A stretch of 64,000 nt of DNA from Eledone cirrhosa (taxonomy: Eukaryota), in contig OZ024752.1 of the NCBI GenBank assembly GCA_964016885.1, forward strand, positions 15,562,001 to 15,626,000, written 5' to 3'. Shown here one piece after another: positions 38,941-53,699 of this stretch. The number at the start of each line of letters is the position of its first letter. Positions within the stretch are counted from its first letter, which is position 1. A program made the translations under genes and the position numbers. The notes below the pieces were generated by a model, which was not told where the DNA came from, made no database searches, and was given only the letters and a program-made list of their open reading frames with translations.

Positions 38941-39427
38941 TTTTACGCCTTTGAATGCTTCAGGAATAAGCATCTCGATCCACTTCAAATTTCCATAAAA
39001 ATTACTAAACAATTCCTAACTAAAATAACTATTTCTATGATACACTCGGACACATTCTTTATATTGATTATGAAAACGTAGTACTAGAAAATGTTTTGTA
39101 GTTCTTGTAAGTGTTCTGAAATGTAATTATACAAAATTACATCACCAATGACCGTGAATCCAGTTACACTTTTGTGGGGTTAGTTACAATTTGACTCCCA
39201 AAGTTTACGGAATATTATCATATATTGTGTAAACGCTTGCATTGATCATTAACGATTTGTGTGAACCATGGTTCTATATATATTTACACACGTATCCTTA
39301 ACCGCATACATAAACAGATGCACGCATATAGGTGTATATATATATGTTATTCCGGGTTGAATCGGGGTTAACCACAGTAAGTAAGGTACTCAATACGTTG
39401 CAGAGTATAAAAGTTTTAATATAGATG

Positions 39428-39478
39428 AGATTCTACAGGACTAGAACTGTTTCATTCTTTAGAAATCATCAGGAATCT
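39428..39478 (-). ncRNA. Type I hammerhead ribozyme, family H
   Basis: Reverse complement reads agattc-CTGATGA-tttctaaagaat-GAAA-cag..ctg-TA-gaatct. Confidence 0.85.
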
Positions 39479-39786
39479 GGGTATCAAAAAATAAATATGG
39501 TATGTATAGGTCTCTTCGGGTGGTAGGAGAGGGTAGGGAGTGGGATGGGTGGAGGTCATTGGTTGATAGAAAAGGGAATTCATTAAAAGCTAATTCTTTA
39601 AAGCTATAATTTATATTTAGTGTAACAAAGGCAGAAAGAATTCTATAAATATAAATTATAGCTTTAAAGAATTAGCTTTTAATGAATTCCCTTTTCTATC
39701 AACCAATGACCTCTAACCATCCCACTCCCCACCCTCTCCTACCACCTGAAGAGAGCTATAAATACCATATTTATTTTTTGAAACCC

Positions 39787-39837
39787 AGATTCTTGATGAT
39801 TTTTAAAGAATGAAACAGTTCTAGTCCTGTAGAATCT
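39787..39837 (+). ncRNA. Hammerhead ribozyme, family H (TTGATGA, mutated)
   Basis: Inverted partner of 39428-39478, with C3>U. Confidence 0.7.
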
Positions 39838-40060
39838 CATCTATATTATAACTATATATATATATATATATGTAGATAAATCTACATAAAATTTACGGTA
39901 GTGTCCAATCCGTGTGAAGAACTCAATGTAATCCGGATATCATGAAAAGAGAAGATGCATTCAAAAACTATTTTCGGTGAAAATTAACGGAAAACAGAGT
40001 CAAGATAAATTAATAAAGTAATGAATAAACAAAGAAACAGTTCCTTATATTAAACAAAGT

Positions 40061-40200
40061 CATCATTTTACGATCGTTTCTAGGATATATATGTGTTAGT
40101 GTTGGTATACATATTCTATAGATCTATGTAAAATATTTATACAAACTATCAGAGGGAATATACTTACCTACACATATATATGCTGTCTTCAGAAATAATG
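40061..40200 (-). ncRNA. Type I hammerhead ribozyme, family I (very long stem II)
   Basis: Reverse complement reads cattattt-CTGAAGA-~105 nt stem II-GAAA-cgatcg-TA-aaatgatg. Confidence 0.78.
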
Positions 40201-40632
40201 ATATTTGTTTATTGAAAAAAACTAAGATTTAATACAATAGGTCTGTTTGGGAACAGGTTTTGAATTGACCAATAGAAAGATAGTGCAGGTCAAGATAGTA
40301 ATCTAGTAGTAAAAGAACCTTAATTTATGGGTAGAGGAAGGTAGATTTCAGTTTTGGATGGAAAAGAGTATTATGAAAGAAAGATTATTTTAGGGATGGA
40401 AATAGGTGGTATGCTGACCTCAGAAATAATTATACTTGTTCATTGAATAAAACCAACAAAGATTTGATATAGTATGTCTGTTTGGTAACGGGTTTAGAAT
40501 TAACCAATAGAAAGTTAATAATTGGTAAAATAGTAGTAATTGAAGTTTATTTTAGGGGTAGATGAAGGTAGATTTCAGTTTTGAATGGAGTGTGAGGAAG
40601 GAGAAGGTTATTTTAGGGGTGAAAATAGGTCA
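40181..40632. repeat. Two diverged ~230-bp tandem units next to HHR family I
   Basis: tgctg..tcagaaataat...gtctgtttgg...ccaatagaaag...gaaggtagatttcagttttg...aataggt occurs twice. Confidence 0.75.
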
Positions 40633-40837
40633 GGTCAGTAAAAGGTATACGAACAGTTGCTGTTATAAAATAGTAATGCCAATGCAAATATCCAAGGAGA
40701 CTAACATTTTACGATAAGAGTGTTAGTGGAAAAAAATACATCCATGAAAAGAATATAAATTAATTTAATTGATGGGTAAATTTATATTGATAAAATTATA
40801 CTAGTGCATATATATATATATACAAACATTATACATA

Positions 40838-41020
40838 TGGCGATTTGGCAGTATCGGTAGACAGTTGGACGTCATGCTCTGTAGCATAGTGACGTCCTAT
40901 TACGGTATGAGTTCAAATCCCGTCGAGGTTAACTTTGCATTTCATCCTTACGGGGTTGATAAGATAAGGGACCAGTAATGTACTGGGTAATTGCTGGGCT
41001 TGTGCCAACAGTAGAAACAC
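40838..41020 (+). mobile_element. SINE
   Basis: Consensus match. Confidence 0.88.
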
Positions 41021-41097
41021 TTATATATATATATATATGTGCATGTGTCTGAATGTATGTAAATATATATATATATATATGTGTGTATGAATGTATG

Positions 41098-41128
<31 letters not shown>

Positions 41129-41171
41129 GTATATATGTATGTATATATATGTATGTATGTATATATGTATG

Positions 41172-41202
<31 letters not shown>

Positions 41203-41247
41203 ATATATATATATATATATGTATGTATATATATATATATATGTATG

Positions 41248-41279
<32 letters not shown>

Positions 41280-41281
41280 TG

Positions 41282-41321
<40 letters not shown>

Positions 41322-41329
41322 AATGTATG

Positions 41330-41388
<59 letters not shown>

Positions 41389-41477
41389 GTATGAATGTAT
41401 GTATATATATATATATATGTGTATGAATGTATGTATATATATATGTGTATGTATATATATATATGTGTGTATGAATG

Positions 41478-41520
<43 letters not shown>

Positions 41521-41527
41521 ATGAATG

Positions 41528-41568
<41 letters not shown>

Positions 41569-41575
41569 ATGAATG

Positions 41576-41610
<35 letters not shown>

Positions 41611-41624
41611 GTGTGTGTATGAAT

Positions 41625-41658
<34 letters not shown>

Positions 41659-41663
41659 GTGTA

Positions 41664-41702
<39 letters not shown>

Positions 41703-41711
41703 ATGAATGTA

Positions 41712-41742
<31 letters not shown>

Positions 41743-41753
41743 GTATGTGTATA

Positions 41754-41784
<31 letters not shown>

Positions 41785-41848
41785 GTATGTGTATATATAT
41801 ATATATACACATATATATATGCATGTGTGTGTATATATATGTGTATGA

Positions 41849-41894
<46 letters not shown>

Positions 41895-42151
41895 GTATGT
41901 GTATATATATATATATACACATATATATATGCATGTGTGTGTATATATATGTGTATGTATGTATATATATATATATATACACATATATATATGCATGTGC
42001 GTGTATATATATGTGTATGTATATATATATATATAAATATATATATATACATGTGTATGAATGTGTGTGTGTGTATATACATATATATATATATATATAT
42101 GTGTGTGTGTATGAATGTGTGTGAATATATATATATATATATGTATGTGTG

Positions 42152-42190
<39 letters not shown>

Positions 42191-42313
42191 GTATATGTAT
42201 GAATGTATATATATGTATATGTATGAATGTATATATATATATGTATGAATGTATATATATATATGTATATGTATGAATGTATATATATATATATATGTAT
42301 ATGTATGAATGTG

Positions 42314-42345
<32 letters not shown>

Positions 42346-42362
42346 CATATGTATATGTATGA

Positions 42363-42404
<42 letters not shown>

Positions 42405-42770
42405 GTATATGTATGAATATATATATATATGTATGAATGTATATATATATACATATGTTTATGTATGAATATATATATATATATGTATATGTATGAATGT
42501 ATATATATATATATATACATACATATGTATATGTATGAATGTATATATGTATATGTATGAATGTATATATATATATATGTATATGTATGAATGTATATAT
42601 GTATATGTATGAATGTATATATATATATGTATATGTATGAATGTGTATATATATACATATGTATATGTATGAATGTGTATATATATATACATATGTATGA
42701 ATGTGTATATATATATGTATATGTATATATATGTATATGTATATATATTTATATGTATGTATATATAGAT
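41021..42770. repeat. Compound (TA)n/(TATG)n/atgaatgt microsatellite
   Basis: Direct reading. Confidence 0.97.
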
Positions 42771-42844
42771 ATGCAACAACGTGTATAGAACTAGTTCCGG
42801 GCTAAAACATGACATGGTGGGACATAAAGATTGTGGAAATCACA

Positions 42845-43165
42845 ACTCTGTTCTGTCACCTGTGTCATAAACCATGCACGTCTACAGCTGCCTACAAAGT
42901 CCTTGTCGCAGATGGGATGACTGCCAAGAACTAATAAGAGATGGCAATTGTCTGTGAAGACGTTATGTATGTATCTTTTTACCTTTTCTTATCATTGTCC
43001 TCCACTTTTTTTTTATCTTCGTGTTCTTGATCTTCTCCTTAGCCCACATTTTTCCTAGGAGGATTGTTGTGGCATAGTCCTCAACCACTCCTTCCAGCAG
43101 GTCCTGTCAGAAGCAACAGTATACAACTGTTCCGGCTGTATCTGCCAGCGGGACCAGACAGGTCA
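42845..43165. mobile_element. RTE LINE C-terminal relic in two opposite orientations
   Basis: Plus strand FCHLCHKPCTSTAAYK (zinc finger) with a (tatg) tail; minus strand LYTVASDRTCWKGVV. Confidence 0.55.
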
Positions 43166-44350
43166 TGTATTATGTTATCCAGCTATAGATGATTCAATAA
43201 ATAACATAAGAGAATTACCTCTGGAACGGTGGGGGGGGGGCTGCTTTACCAAGAAAATAACCAATTTAACAAGCAGGACATAAACTGGATTATCAAAACA
43301 ATTCAGATCGTTAATGGATATCTATTGACCGACTGGATAAAATATAAGAGGCAAATAATAACGAGAATCAAATGCGGGATTAACGTGGCATAGAGAATAT
43401 TTTGAAATAAATAACTATAAATACATCAATATACACTACTATTGAATTCATGTGAATTTGTTACCAAAAGGTCAAATACATTGAATGTGGATCAACTAAT
43501 TATTGGGCAATTATTAACAATATAACATTCTTGTTCGGAAAACAACACGGAATAACAAGTTCTTTCAAACATTTGTTTTAACTCATATATCTATAGAGAA
43601 TAATTTTGGTGCAAGCATTACAAGCGGATGTTGTTTTCGATTAATCTCTCAATACCATGCTTTCTTTTCATCTGGTTATAGACAAACAATGATTAAAACA
43701 CTGTAAATCATCATTATCTATATTGATTTTGTTTTTTACTTTGTATTCATTTCGTTTCACAAACGATTATAGGGTGCAAATTTAGTGAAAATATCAGAGC
43801 CTTCAGTATACATATATTGAATTATCGATTTCTAGATTTCCTTTATATGTCAACACAATAAAGTTTTGTCTTTTTGATATTCATTGAAATATTTTCTTAT
43901 AATATTTTCCAATAATATTTTAAACGCAAATCTATAATTTTTGTTTTTGATCCATTCTCAAAAGGTTCACTTAGTTACAAATATATATGAAACTATATAA
44001 TCTCATGGTTATATGTACACACACTTGCACACACAAACATATACTCACACTTGCACACACAAACACATACACACACATACACACACACGCACACACACAT
44101 ACACACACACTTGCACACACAAACATATACACTCACACTTGCAAACACAAACACATACACACACATACCCACACACACATACTTGCACACACAAACATAT
44201 ACACTCACACTTGCACACACAAATACATACACACACACTTGCACGCGCACCCGTAGAGATACACATACAATTGCACGCGCATGCGTATTCACTCACAAAC
44301 ACACACACACAGACACATATATATATATACATATATATATATATATGTAC

Positions 44351-44402
<52 letters not shown>

Positions 44403-44435
44403 CACACACAAATATATATATATATATACATATAT

Positions 44436-44525
44436 TTATTAAAATAACAGATTAAAGTTTAAGCAAAGAATCGCTGCTTATCGAGCCCTCTTTGGATTTT
44501 AGTCTTCAAATTTATTATTATTACT
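44436..44525. mobile_element. PLE family B fragments, inverted plus direct
   Basis: The reverse complement of 53727-53770 is joined to a direct copy of 53813-53860, within (TA)n. Confidence 0.8.
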
Positions 44526-44591
44526 ATATATACATATATATATGTATACACATATATATATATACATATATATGTATACATATATATACAC

Positions 44592-44622
<31 letters not shown>

Positions 44623-44693
44623 CATATATATATATACATATATATACATATATATATACACACACATATATATGTATACACATATATATATAC

Positions 44694-44736
<43 letters not shown>

Positions 44737-44751
44737 CATATATATATATAT

Positions 44752-44819
<68 letters not shown>

Positions 44820-44839
44820 ACACATATATATATATATTG

Positions 44840-44926
44840 AAAACACAAATGTTATTGCATGATGATATTTGTTTTTGAAATGCGCATAATAAAATACATG
44901 GAACTCATTTAACCATCTTTTGATCT

Positions 44927-44935
<9 letters not shown>
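44840..44935 (+). mobile_element. PLE family C fragment truncated at HHR stem II
   Basis: aaacacaaatgttattgcatgatgatatttgtttttGAAAtgcgcaTAataaaata matches 4335-4430. Confidence 0.8.
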
Positions 44936-44968
<33 letters not shown>

Positions 44969-44980
44969 GTTAAAGATTTG

Positions 44981-45024
<44 letters not shown>

Positions 45025-45829
45025 ACTTAATCTAGATATTTAACACAGAATCCTATCTCTCTGTGGATAGAGCAATACATTGTATTCTCCTTAAGACTTA
45101 TTTGAAAGACATATAATTGCATGACGCCAAGGAAAAATAAGTAGCGTAGAGCTACGCATAAAGACCCGGGCAATGACAGAACATGAATGTTGTGTTTATT
45201 TGGGGTAATATTGCATGAGATCAATACGTGGTGAATTAATATTTTAGCACATTTCTCTCTCTATGCGAAACGATATGGAAAACCAGAAACCAACGTCATC
45301 GATATAACTCTTAAATATTGCTATAGACGCTTTTTGACTAAACCTCTGATTTATATCTCTAGAATCAATGTAATATTAGCTGACTTGGTTCTTTGCTTCT
45401 TGGTAAATTCCGCGCTAAGGAATCTTGGTCAAATGTCATTTACGAAAGAATCGAGTTGATTCATTCATTATGAGTGTAATTGAATGAAAGGAATCTGTTT
45501 GGAAGGACGTCGCATGATCTGTACCTGTTATTCATAAGACCAATGTTGTCACATGCTGTGTCACATTGAAAATTGCGTAATACGTACATGTGTATGTGTA
45601 ATGCGTGGTCACTTACAAGTCAATTTCATGATCAATCTGTTCATTTGATCGAACACCGACCACGCTCAAAATAGACATCGTAAAATAGTATTGGTATTTA
45701 CGTCATATGTCATACTTATTTTGTATCTTGGGTGAATTATTGAACACTTATAGTAGGAATTCTAACAACATATTACGTAAATAATGTTCAATTCGTGCCT
45801 ATAAGGAACATATATTATAGCCTCTCCAG

Positions 45830-46010
45830 CAGATAGGATGCAAATTATATTGTAAAACACTGAAAGGCATTTTCCATAGGAAAGATCCTGATTTGTAAGA
45901 TGTAGCTGATAAATGGCAAGAAGCACCGCTTGAGGCAGCTGAAGCACTTCGTAGCGCAACCTACATGCATGTCATGATAGAGGATTTGTCAAGGGTATTT
46001 TTAAGAGACA
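45830..46010 (+). pseudogene. Possible BEL/Pao RT relic
   Basis: DVADKWQEAPLEAAEALRSATYMHVMI resembles the A..L...YMDD.I context. Confidence 0.25.
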
Positions 46011-46177
46011 AGCATTCATAATCAGAACAATAATAGCATGCAAAATTATAAAACAGAAATGACCCATACATCTAAAGTATTGAACACCCTAAAATGCAAC
46101 TGATCAGTCTATAGGATATTTTATATAATATTTTCGTTATATAAAAAGAAACGTAAGTGAACAATACTATATAGATT

Positions 46178-46965
46178 AAAATAAAGTACCAGTAATGTAC
46201 TGAGTAATTGCTGGCCTTGTGCGAAAAGTAGAAACAATTATATAGACTAATTGAATAATAATGTATTAGTGTCGATTGTTTTTCTCTGTCACCGCCAGAA
46301 CAAAACGATGGCAATGGTCATCTAAAAATACAGTGTAATGAGGCTGTTTGCTTGCAAACGAATCGGATATTATTATTGGTGGATTGTCAGTATCGGTAGA
46401 GGGTCAGACCCATACTTTCTAGTTATGTCCCTTTATGATCTGAGTTCAAATCCCGCCGAGGTTAACTTTGCCTTCATCCTTACGGGATCGATAAAATAAA
46501 GTACCAGTTATGTACTGGATATTTGCTGGCCTTGTGCCAAAATGTAGAAACAATTATTATTTGGTAGGGCGGTGGATTGGCAGGATCGGTAGAGGGTCGG
46601 ACGCCATGCTTTCCAGCATAGTTACGTCCCTTTACGATCTGAGTTCAAATCCCGCCGAGGTTGACTTTGCCTTTCATCCTTACGGGGTCGATAAAATAAA
46701 GTACCAGTAATGCACTGGGTAATTGCAGGCCTTGTGCCTAAAGTAGAAACAATTGTTATTTGGTAGGGCGGTGGATTGGCAGTATCGGTAGAGGGTCGGA
46801 CAACATGCTTTGCAGGATAGAGTTATGGCCATTTACGGTCTGAGTTCGAATCCTGCCGAGGTTAACTTTGCCTGTCATCCTTACGGGGTCGATAAAATAA
46901 AGTACCAGTAATGCACAAGGCTACACACACAAATTACTGGCCTTGTGCCTATACTAGAAATCAAT
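46178..46965 (+). mobile_element. SINE cluster: a tail fragment plus three tandem copies (46377, 46566, 46766)
   Basis: Three consensus copies. The spacer ttatttggtag precedes copies 2 and 3. Confidence 0.92.
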
Positions 46966-46999
46966 TTTATTCGATATATAACTCATTAATGCAATATTT

Positions 47000-47330
47000 A
47001 TATAATTATTTAGCAAGCATATCTGGTGTAAAAATTACTCTAAGATAATCTATAGTGATTTGTATTTCTACCTAAACACATCATGCCAATTATATTTTAC
47101 AAAAATGAATTATGCAATGATGGACTTATGAAAAAGTATTAAGTAATACAAAAAACGGGGGAGCGGCAAAGAAAGGCAAATCTGGCTTTACAGGAAAGTA
47201 GAAGAAAGGATTACAAATGCCATAAATGAAAGGAATGGGAGAGGAAAAGCAAGGTCGGTTAGGCCACGAAAGATAGTGAGGAAAAGGAGGAGAGGGTGAC
47301 AGGTTTTATGCTTTGAATCGTTTCATTACT
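47000..47330 (+). repeat. Old dispersed repeat, second copy at ~55030-55345
   Basis: taattatt(t)tagcaa..atctg..agataatcta.agtga..ttg...ggcaaatctg...aggaaagtag...aaatgcca...gttaggcca in both. Confidence 0.65.
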
Positions 47331-47984
47331 TAAAAAATTCCTGTCCATGCATGTACATTTATAAAGCTAAATAACCTGATTATTTTAGTTTCTCGAATAT
47401 ATTTTGACGGTAGAACATAGCAGTCATTTTAGAATATATTAATATAATGTTATAACATTATACAAACATTATATATTCATGTCCTGATATATAGTCTGCT
47501 GAATATTCTTTCATCTTTTATGCAACAGTCATATGAAATATTTGAGCGGCTAAAGTTAATATTTATGTGGTTAAATACTCACGAATACACGCATACATAC
47601 AAGCATACACATACACGTGTGTGTGTGTGTGTGTGTCTATGTATGTGTGTATGTATATATTTGTGTGTGTATAAAAGGTAAACAGAAATAACAACACAAT
47701 CGGTACAGTATATGGGAGGAATATATTAGGATAACGCTTGAAATAGCAGGATGAGGGTGTTAACTTTTCGGACGCTAGTCCTTCATCAGAAGAAAAATGA
47801 GAAATTAGATAGATTGAAGGGACGGGAGGGGTGATTCTTGTATGGTGACCCTGTGATAAATAGGCGAATCTCCAGAGTAACAAGACTCAATGCTTTGCTT
47901 AATAAAAATGAATATTAAATCTCTACTTCGGTATTGAGTACTCCTTTCTCTTAGCCGTCAACCACATACGGTATGATATATAAT

Positions 47985-48149
47985 TGTTACTGCTATTGGC
48001 GCAAGGCCAGCAATTACTTTATAGGCCACGTAAGGATGATAGGCAAAGTTAAGCTCGAAGGGATTTGAATTCAGATCATAAAGGGTCGTAACTATATGCG
48101 ACAAAACATGGCGTGCGACTTCCTAGCGATACTGCCAATCCACCGCCCT
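47985..48149 (-). mobile_element. SINE, with a locally duplicated inverted partial copy at 48594-48690
   Basis: Both share private variants (gctaggaagt, ttgtcgcatatag, cccttcgag). Confidence 0.85.
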
Positions 48150-48271
48150 ATTACATATCTATGTATATTACACTCTGTCTAGCTCTACATCTCGATACTG
48201 ACGAGTGCTCAGTATCGAGATGTAGAGTGCTCAGCTGTGTGAACCTACAGTAAATCCATGTTACACACCCT

Positions 48272-48493
<222 letters not shown>

Positions 48494-48704
48494 AGGGAGT
48501 GTAACATGGATTTACAGTAGGTTCACACGGCTGTAGATAAGATTCTACAGGACTAGAACTGTTTCATTCTTTAGAAATTAACATATATGTAATAGGGCGG
48601 TGGATTGGCAGTATCGCTAGGAAGTCGGACGCCGTGTTTTGTCGCATATAGTTACGACCCTTTATGATCTGAACTCAAATCCCTTCGAGGTTTAGAAATC
48701 ATCA

Positions 48705-48757
48705 GAGATTCCTGATGATTTCTAAAGAATGAAACGGCTCTAAACCTGTAGAATCTC
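48705..48757 (+). ncRNA. Type I hammerhead ribozyme, family H
   Basis: gagattc-CTGATGA-tttctaaagaat-GAAA-cgg..ctg-TA-gaatctc. Confidence 0.85.
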
Positions 48758-48838
48758 ATCTATATTAAAACTTTTATACTCTGAAATGTATTGAGTACCT
48801 TACTTACTGTGGTTACCTCCGATTCAACCCGGAATAAC

Positions 48839-48877
<39 letters not shown>

Positions 48878-48916
48878 TGTTCTCGGTATGGTGAAATAAC
48901 TGTTGTGTTACCACTC

Positions 48917-48983
<67 letters not shown>

Positions 48984-50044
48984 TATATATATACAGTCCG
49001 CCATTTGCCTCCAGTATGGATCAACTAAGCACTCTTGCTATATTAACACATTTTGATCTGCTTATCTTCAAGAACTATGCCTGTAAATAACATTTTTTCT
49101 TTCACATTGACTTATTATGCTCCACATTACGCCCCTTTTTTTCTTTTTTCTTTTCACTTCATAAACCTTGTTTGTATATAACATTATTCTTTCTGCACCA
49201 TTTCTTTAACATGTCCAACACCACCATTCTACACCAATACGTATTATTGTCATTTGATAATGCATAAAAATGCTGAAACCGGTAATAGACAATTATTGAA
49301 TATATAAATAAATAAATAAATAAATAAATGCCATTGTTTATTAATAAATAAATCAACTAATACCTTAAAACTTCACACAAAGTAAAATATTTCGCTTTAA
49401 TTATTTTCTAACCCAGAAAAAAGAGAAATAAAAAGGGGAAAACAATATTTTCTTCCTAATAATAATCTTTTTCTCCCTGTTTTCATATATATATATATAT
49501 TATGTGTGTGTTTGTGTGTAGTGTATGTATATATAAGGTAGTCATCGAAGGTGAATATACTGGTTAACGCAATAAAGGTCTTGTTCAGGTATATATAAAT
49601 TTGAAATCTAGTATTCCCTACACAAATGTCTATACAATAAGAGTTGATTACTACCAGTTGAAAAATCTGGTAAACTATCTCTGGAAACGGTAACAAGACA
49701 AACTAAGAACCCTGTACGTAATCGAACCATATTTCACATTTGTTATAACTGAAATCTTATATTAACTTTTATTGTCTACAAGTGAGAATAACAAAGCTGA
49801 ACTTTCCCACATTTCTAATATGTTTTCAATTGATTGTTTTTATATAGAAAGTCTGGATATATTTTAGTCTAGCGTTATTGAGTTCCGGCTGGTGGACCGG
49901 ATTGTAACATGACCAGCATGATAGCAGATATAACATCTGGCGTCCCGGAGACGTCTAGAGTCATACTGATATATTTATACATCAAAATGCTTTTAGTCAA
50001 ACAAATTAAACACCCACATATACACACACACATACAATCAAACG

Positions 50045-50760
50045 AATATATATATATATATATGTGTGTGTGTATAGGTGTGTGTGTGTGTGTGAATAGG
50101 TGTGTGTGTGTATATATATATGTGTATATATATATATACGCGTATATATGTATATATGTGTGTATATATGTATATGTGTGTGTATATATGTATATATGTG
50201 TCTATATATGTATATATGTGTATATATATATATATATATGTGTATATATATATATATGTGTATATATATATATATGTGTATATATATATATATGTGTATA
50301 TATATATATATGTGTATATATGTATATATGTGTATATATATATATATATGTGTATATATATATATGTGTGTATATATATATATATGTGTATATATATATA
50401 TATGTGCATAGATGTATATATGTGTATTTATGTATATATGTGTATATATATATATATATGTGTATATGTGTATATATGTATATATGTGTATATATATGTG
50501 TATATATGTATATATGTGTATATATGTATATATGTGTATATATATATATGTATATATATGTATATATATATATGTGTATGTATGTATATATATGTGTATC
50601 TATATATATATATATGTATATGTATATATGTGTATATATATATATGTGTGTATATATATATATGTGTGTGTGTATATATGTGTGTATATATGTGTGTGTA
50701 TATATATGTGTGTATATATATATATATATATGTGTATATATATATGTGTATATATACATG

Positions 50761-50791
<31 letters not shown>

Positions 50792-51151
50792 ATATATATA
50801 TATATGTGTATATATTTATATGTGTATATATTTATATGTATATATATATATGTGTGTATATATATTGTGTATATATATATATATGTGTATATTTATTTGT
50901 GTATATATATTTATGTGTATATATATATATATGTGTGTATATATATATATATGTGTATATATATATGTGTATATATATATATATATATCTGTATATATAT
51001 ATATATGTGTATATATATATATATATATCTGTATATATATATGTGTATATATATATATATATCTGTATATATATATATGTGTATATATATATATATAATA
51101 TATATATATATGAATATATATATGTGTATATATATATATATATATGTGTAA

Positions 51152-51184
<33 letters not shown>

Positions 51185-51239
51185 TATGTGTATATATATA
51201 TATATATGTGTGTATATATATATGTGTATCTATATATAT

Positions 51240-51279
<40 letters not shown>

Positions 51280-51447
51280 GTATATATATATGTGTGTGTA
51301 TATATATATATATGTGTATCTATATATGTGTGTATATATATATATGTGTATATATATATATATATATGTGTATCTATATATGTGTGTATATATATATATG
51401 TGTGTATATATATATATGTGTGTGTATATATATATATGTGTATCTAT

Positions 51448-51485
<38 letters not shown>

Positions 51486-51508
51486 GTATATATATATGTA
51501 TGTATATA
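50045..51508. repeat. Compound (TA)n/(TG)n microsatellite
   Basis: Direct reading. Confidence 0.97.
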
Positions 51509-52750
51509 TTAATTTCGACGACTCTATTTGGATTAAAAAATCCAATAGTAGCCCATTCGACGTGAGCATGGGCGCCAGTGATTCTGCGGAGGTTACTGAT
51601 CTTATCGGCCTTTTCCTTCTTTTCTCTATCAAGGACGAATTCCCCAACGCGGGCGGTGGTTTGTATCGTGACGATGGTCTTTTGACCATGACTAAGTGCG
51701 GACCTCGTGCTTGCGACAGGTTCAGAAAAGAACTCACAGCCTTCTTTAATTGCTTCAACCTCTCTATACAGGTTGAGGCCAATCTCTCGGTCGTTAATTA
51801 CCTTCACGTTACCCTCAATTTATTTAATGGGTTGTATTACCCGTATAGAAATCAGAATGATACGCTTAATTACATAAGTAAGCATTCCAACCATCCTGCC
51901 AGCATAACCAAGAACCTGGTAAGAAACGTTTCGTTGAGGCTTTCCCGTGTTTCCACCAACGAGCGTATTTTCAACGACCATTCCACTTATTACAATGAAG
52001 CTCTTGCTCGAAGTGGATTTGTCGATAAGGTAGCATATACAGAGTACAAAAATAGACCTAGAAGAAATAGATCCCGTCGGATTTGTTGGTATAACCCACC
52101 ATATAATATGGAGGTGGCCACACCATTAGCTAAGATCTTTCTTTCCCTTATTACGAAGCATTTTACCCCTACACATAAATATAGTAACATTTTTAATAGA
52201 AATACGATTAAAATTTCTTACTCAACGACTCCTAACCTTGCACATAACATCACAGCTTCAAATTTAGCTAAACTACCTAGCCGTAGGAACACATGCAACC
52301 CTGAAGTTAATACTAACTGTAATTGTAGGAATCGGGTTGATTGCCCCCTATCCGGGAAATGCCTCTCTAATAACATTGTCTACAAATGTAAGGTTGTAAC
52401 ACCCACGTCCCGTAGGGCCTACATAGGGTTAACCGCCAATAGATTCAATGCGTCTTTACATGCATACCCATTCTTTTCGTTACCCTCTAAGAAGGAATAT
52501 GACGTCACTTTCAGCCTACATCTGGAGTCTAAAAGACAACCACACCCAATGTAAGTTTCCCTGGGAGATCCTAGAAAGGGCTAGATCGTATAACGGAAAA
52601 AAAGACCATGTGACCTCTGCGCCGCTGAGGCCCTGGAAATACTCTACGCTACAGACCACATCTTAAACAAAAAATCTGAGGCAATTTCGGCTTATAAACA
52701 TAAATTGCACAAAACTTTCCTGTATTATAGCCCCACGTTATACCCTAATG
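51509..52750 (+). pseudogene. PLE RT, Cys-rich linker and GIY-YIG endonuclease (two frameshifts)
   Basis: [63 protein letters not shown] and CDLCAAE..LNKKSE. Frameshifts at ~52447 and ~52600. Confidence 0.92.
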
Positions 52751-53699
52751 GATAGTACGATCTATACGTGGATATTTTACGTCTTGGTTTGGGAGCTAAG
52801 TATATGTTTTGTTTATACCATTACTTATTTGCATAGGTAAGTATATATTACCCGTATGTTTCGTGAAGGTACGTATACCTTCTCGTACGTTTATTTGATT
52901 GTTTATGTTATGGCGTAAAATTTTTTTTTTATTATTCTGGTACATATGGTTTGGCTATGTGTATACGGGAGTTTTGCGTCTGTGTGAGTATGCTGGTTCG
53001 TAAGTATGTAGGGTGTATGTATATGTGTACTTCATGTTTTGGTTGACTTACGTCTCCGAATATTCGTGTATTTACATGTAGGTATGTGTGTGCGCTTGTT
53101 ATATACGTATTTATTTATTTATATACGTTTATATATTTATTTATGTATTTATTTGTATACACGCATACACACACACACACATATTTATATGTGCGTGGTT
53201 TTGTATACCTATGGTAAGTGTTTTGCGTATGCTTGTGTATGTACGTATTTTTTTGCGTGTATGTATTTATTTATTTCTATTACTTCTGTATTGTATTTAT
53301 TTACTTGTTCTTAACTCTGTAGCGGAGATTCATTCGGTCTCCTAGTTAGAATTTTAGTCTACGACTTCTGCTATACCATTTACGTGGTTTTGTCTTTGCG
53401 TGCTATTGTTCTCCACGCTCCACATATGACGTACTATCTTCGTTTTTTTTTTGTTTATTGCCAGAGAACGTCTCTATGAACCACCTAAGAGAACATTAGT
53501 CTACGACCTCTTTTATACCATAAACGTGGTTCTGTCTTTGCGCGTATTTGTTTTTCACCTATTAATGACGTATCTTATTCGTTTTTTCCCGTTCTTTGCC
53601 AGAGAACGTTTCAACGAACCAAAGTATCGTCTTCCTGTCTTCCTCCGGTTGCAACGTTTTTTGAAATATCCACTTCTGCGTTTACAGATTGACTTTGTT

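Larger units (their letters stand above)
39347..39850. mobile_element. PLE family H inverted pLTR pair
   Basis: 39414-39618 mirrors 39647-39848, and 39349-39478 is the reverse complement of 48706-48836. (TA)n flanks. Confidence 0.85.

Noticed and set aside
40929-42815. Long YI/HT-rich ORFs (also at 2.2-2.6, 24.5-25.6, 44-44.9 and 48.2-48.5 kb)
   Set aside because: They are translations of dinucleotide microsatellites.
47755-47795. Minus-strand CTGATGA-aggactagcgtcc-GAAA, with a related copy at 27740-27785, as an active ribozyme
   Set aside because: It is probably a decayed PLE HHR family, but stem I is unpaired and the second copy has GTAA, so it is not listed as a feature.
49909-52554. 881-aa ORF as a real chimeric gene
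   Set aside because: Its first ~530 codons are mostly stop-free microsatellite (YI/CV) read-through that happens to be in frame with a 5'-truncated PLE RT.
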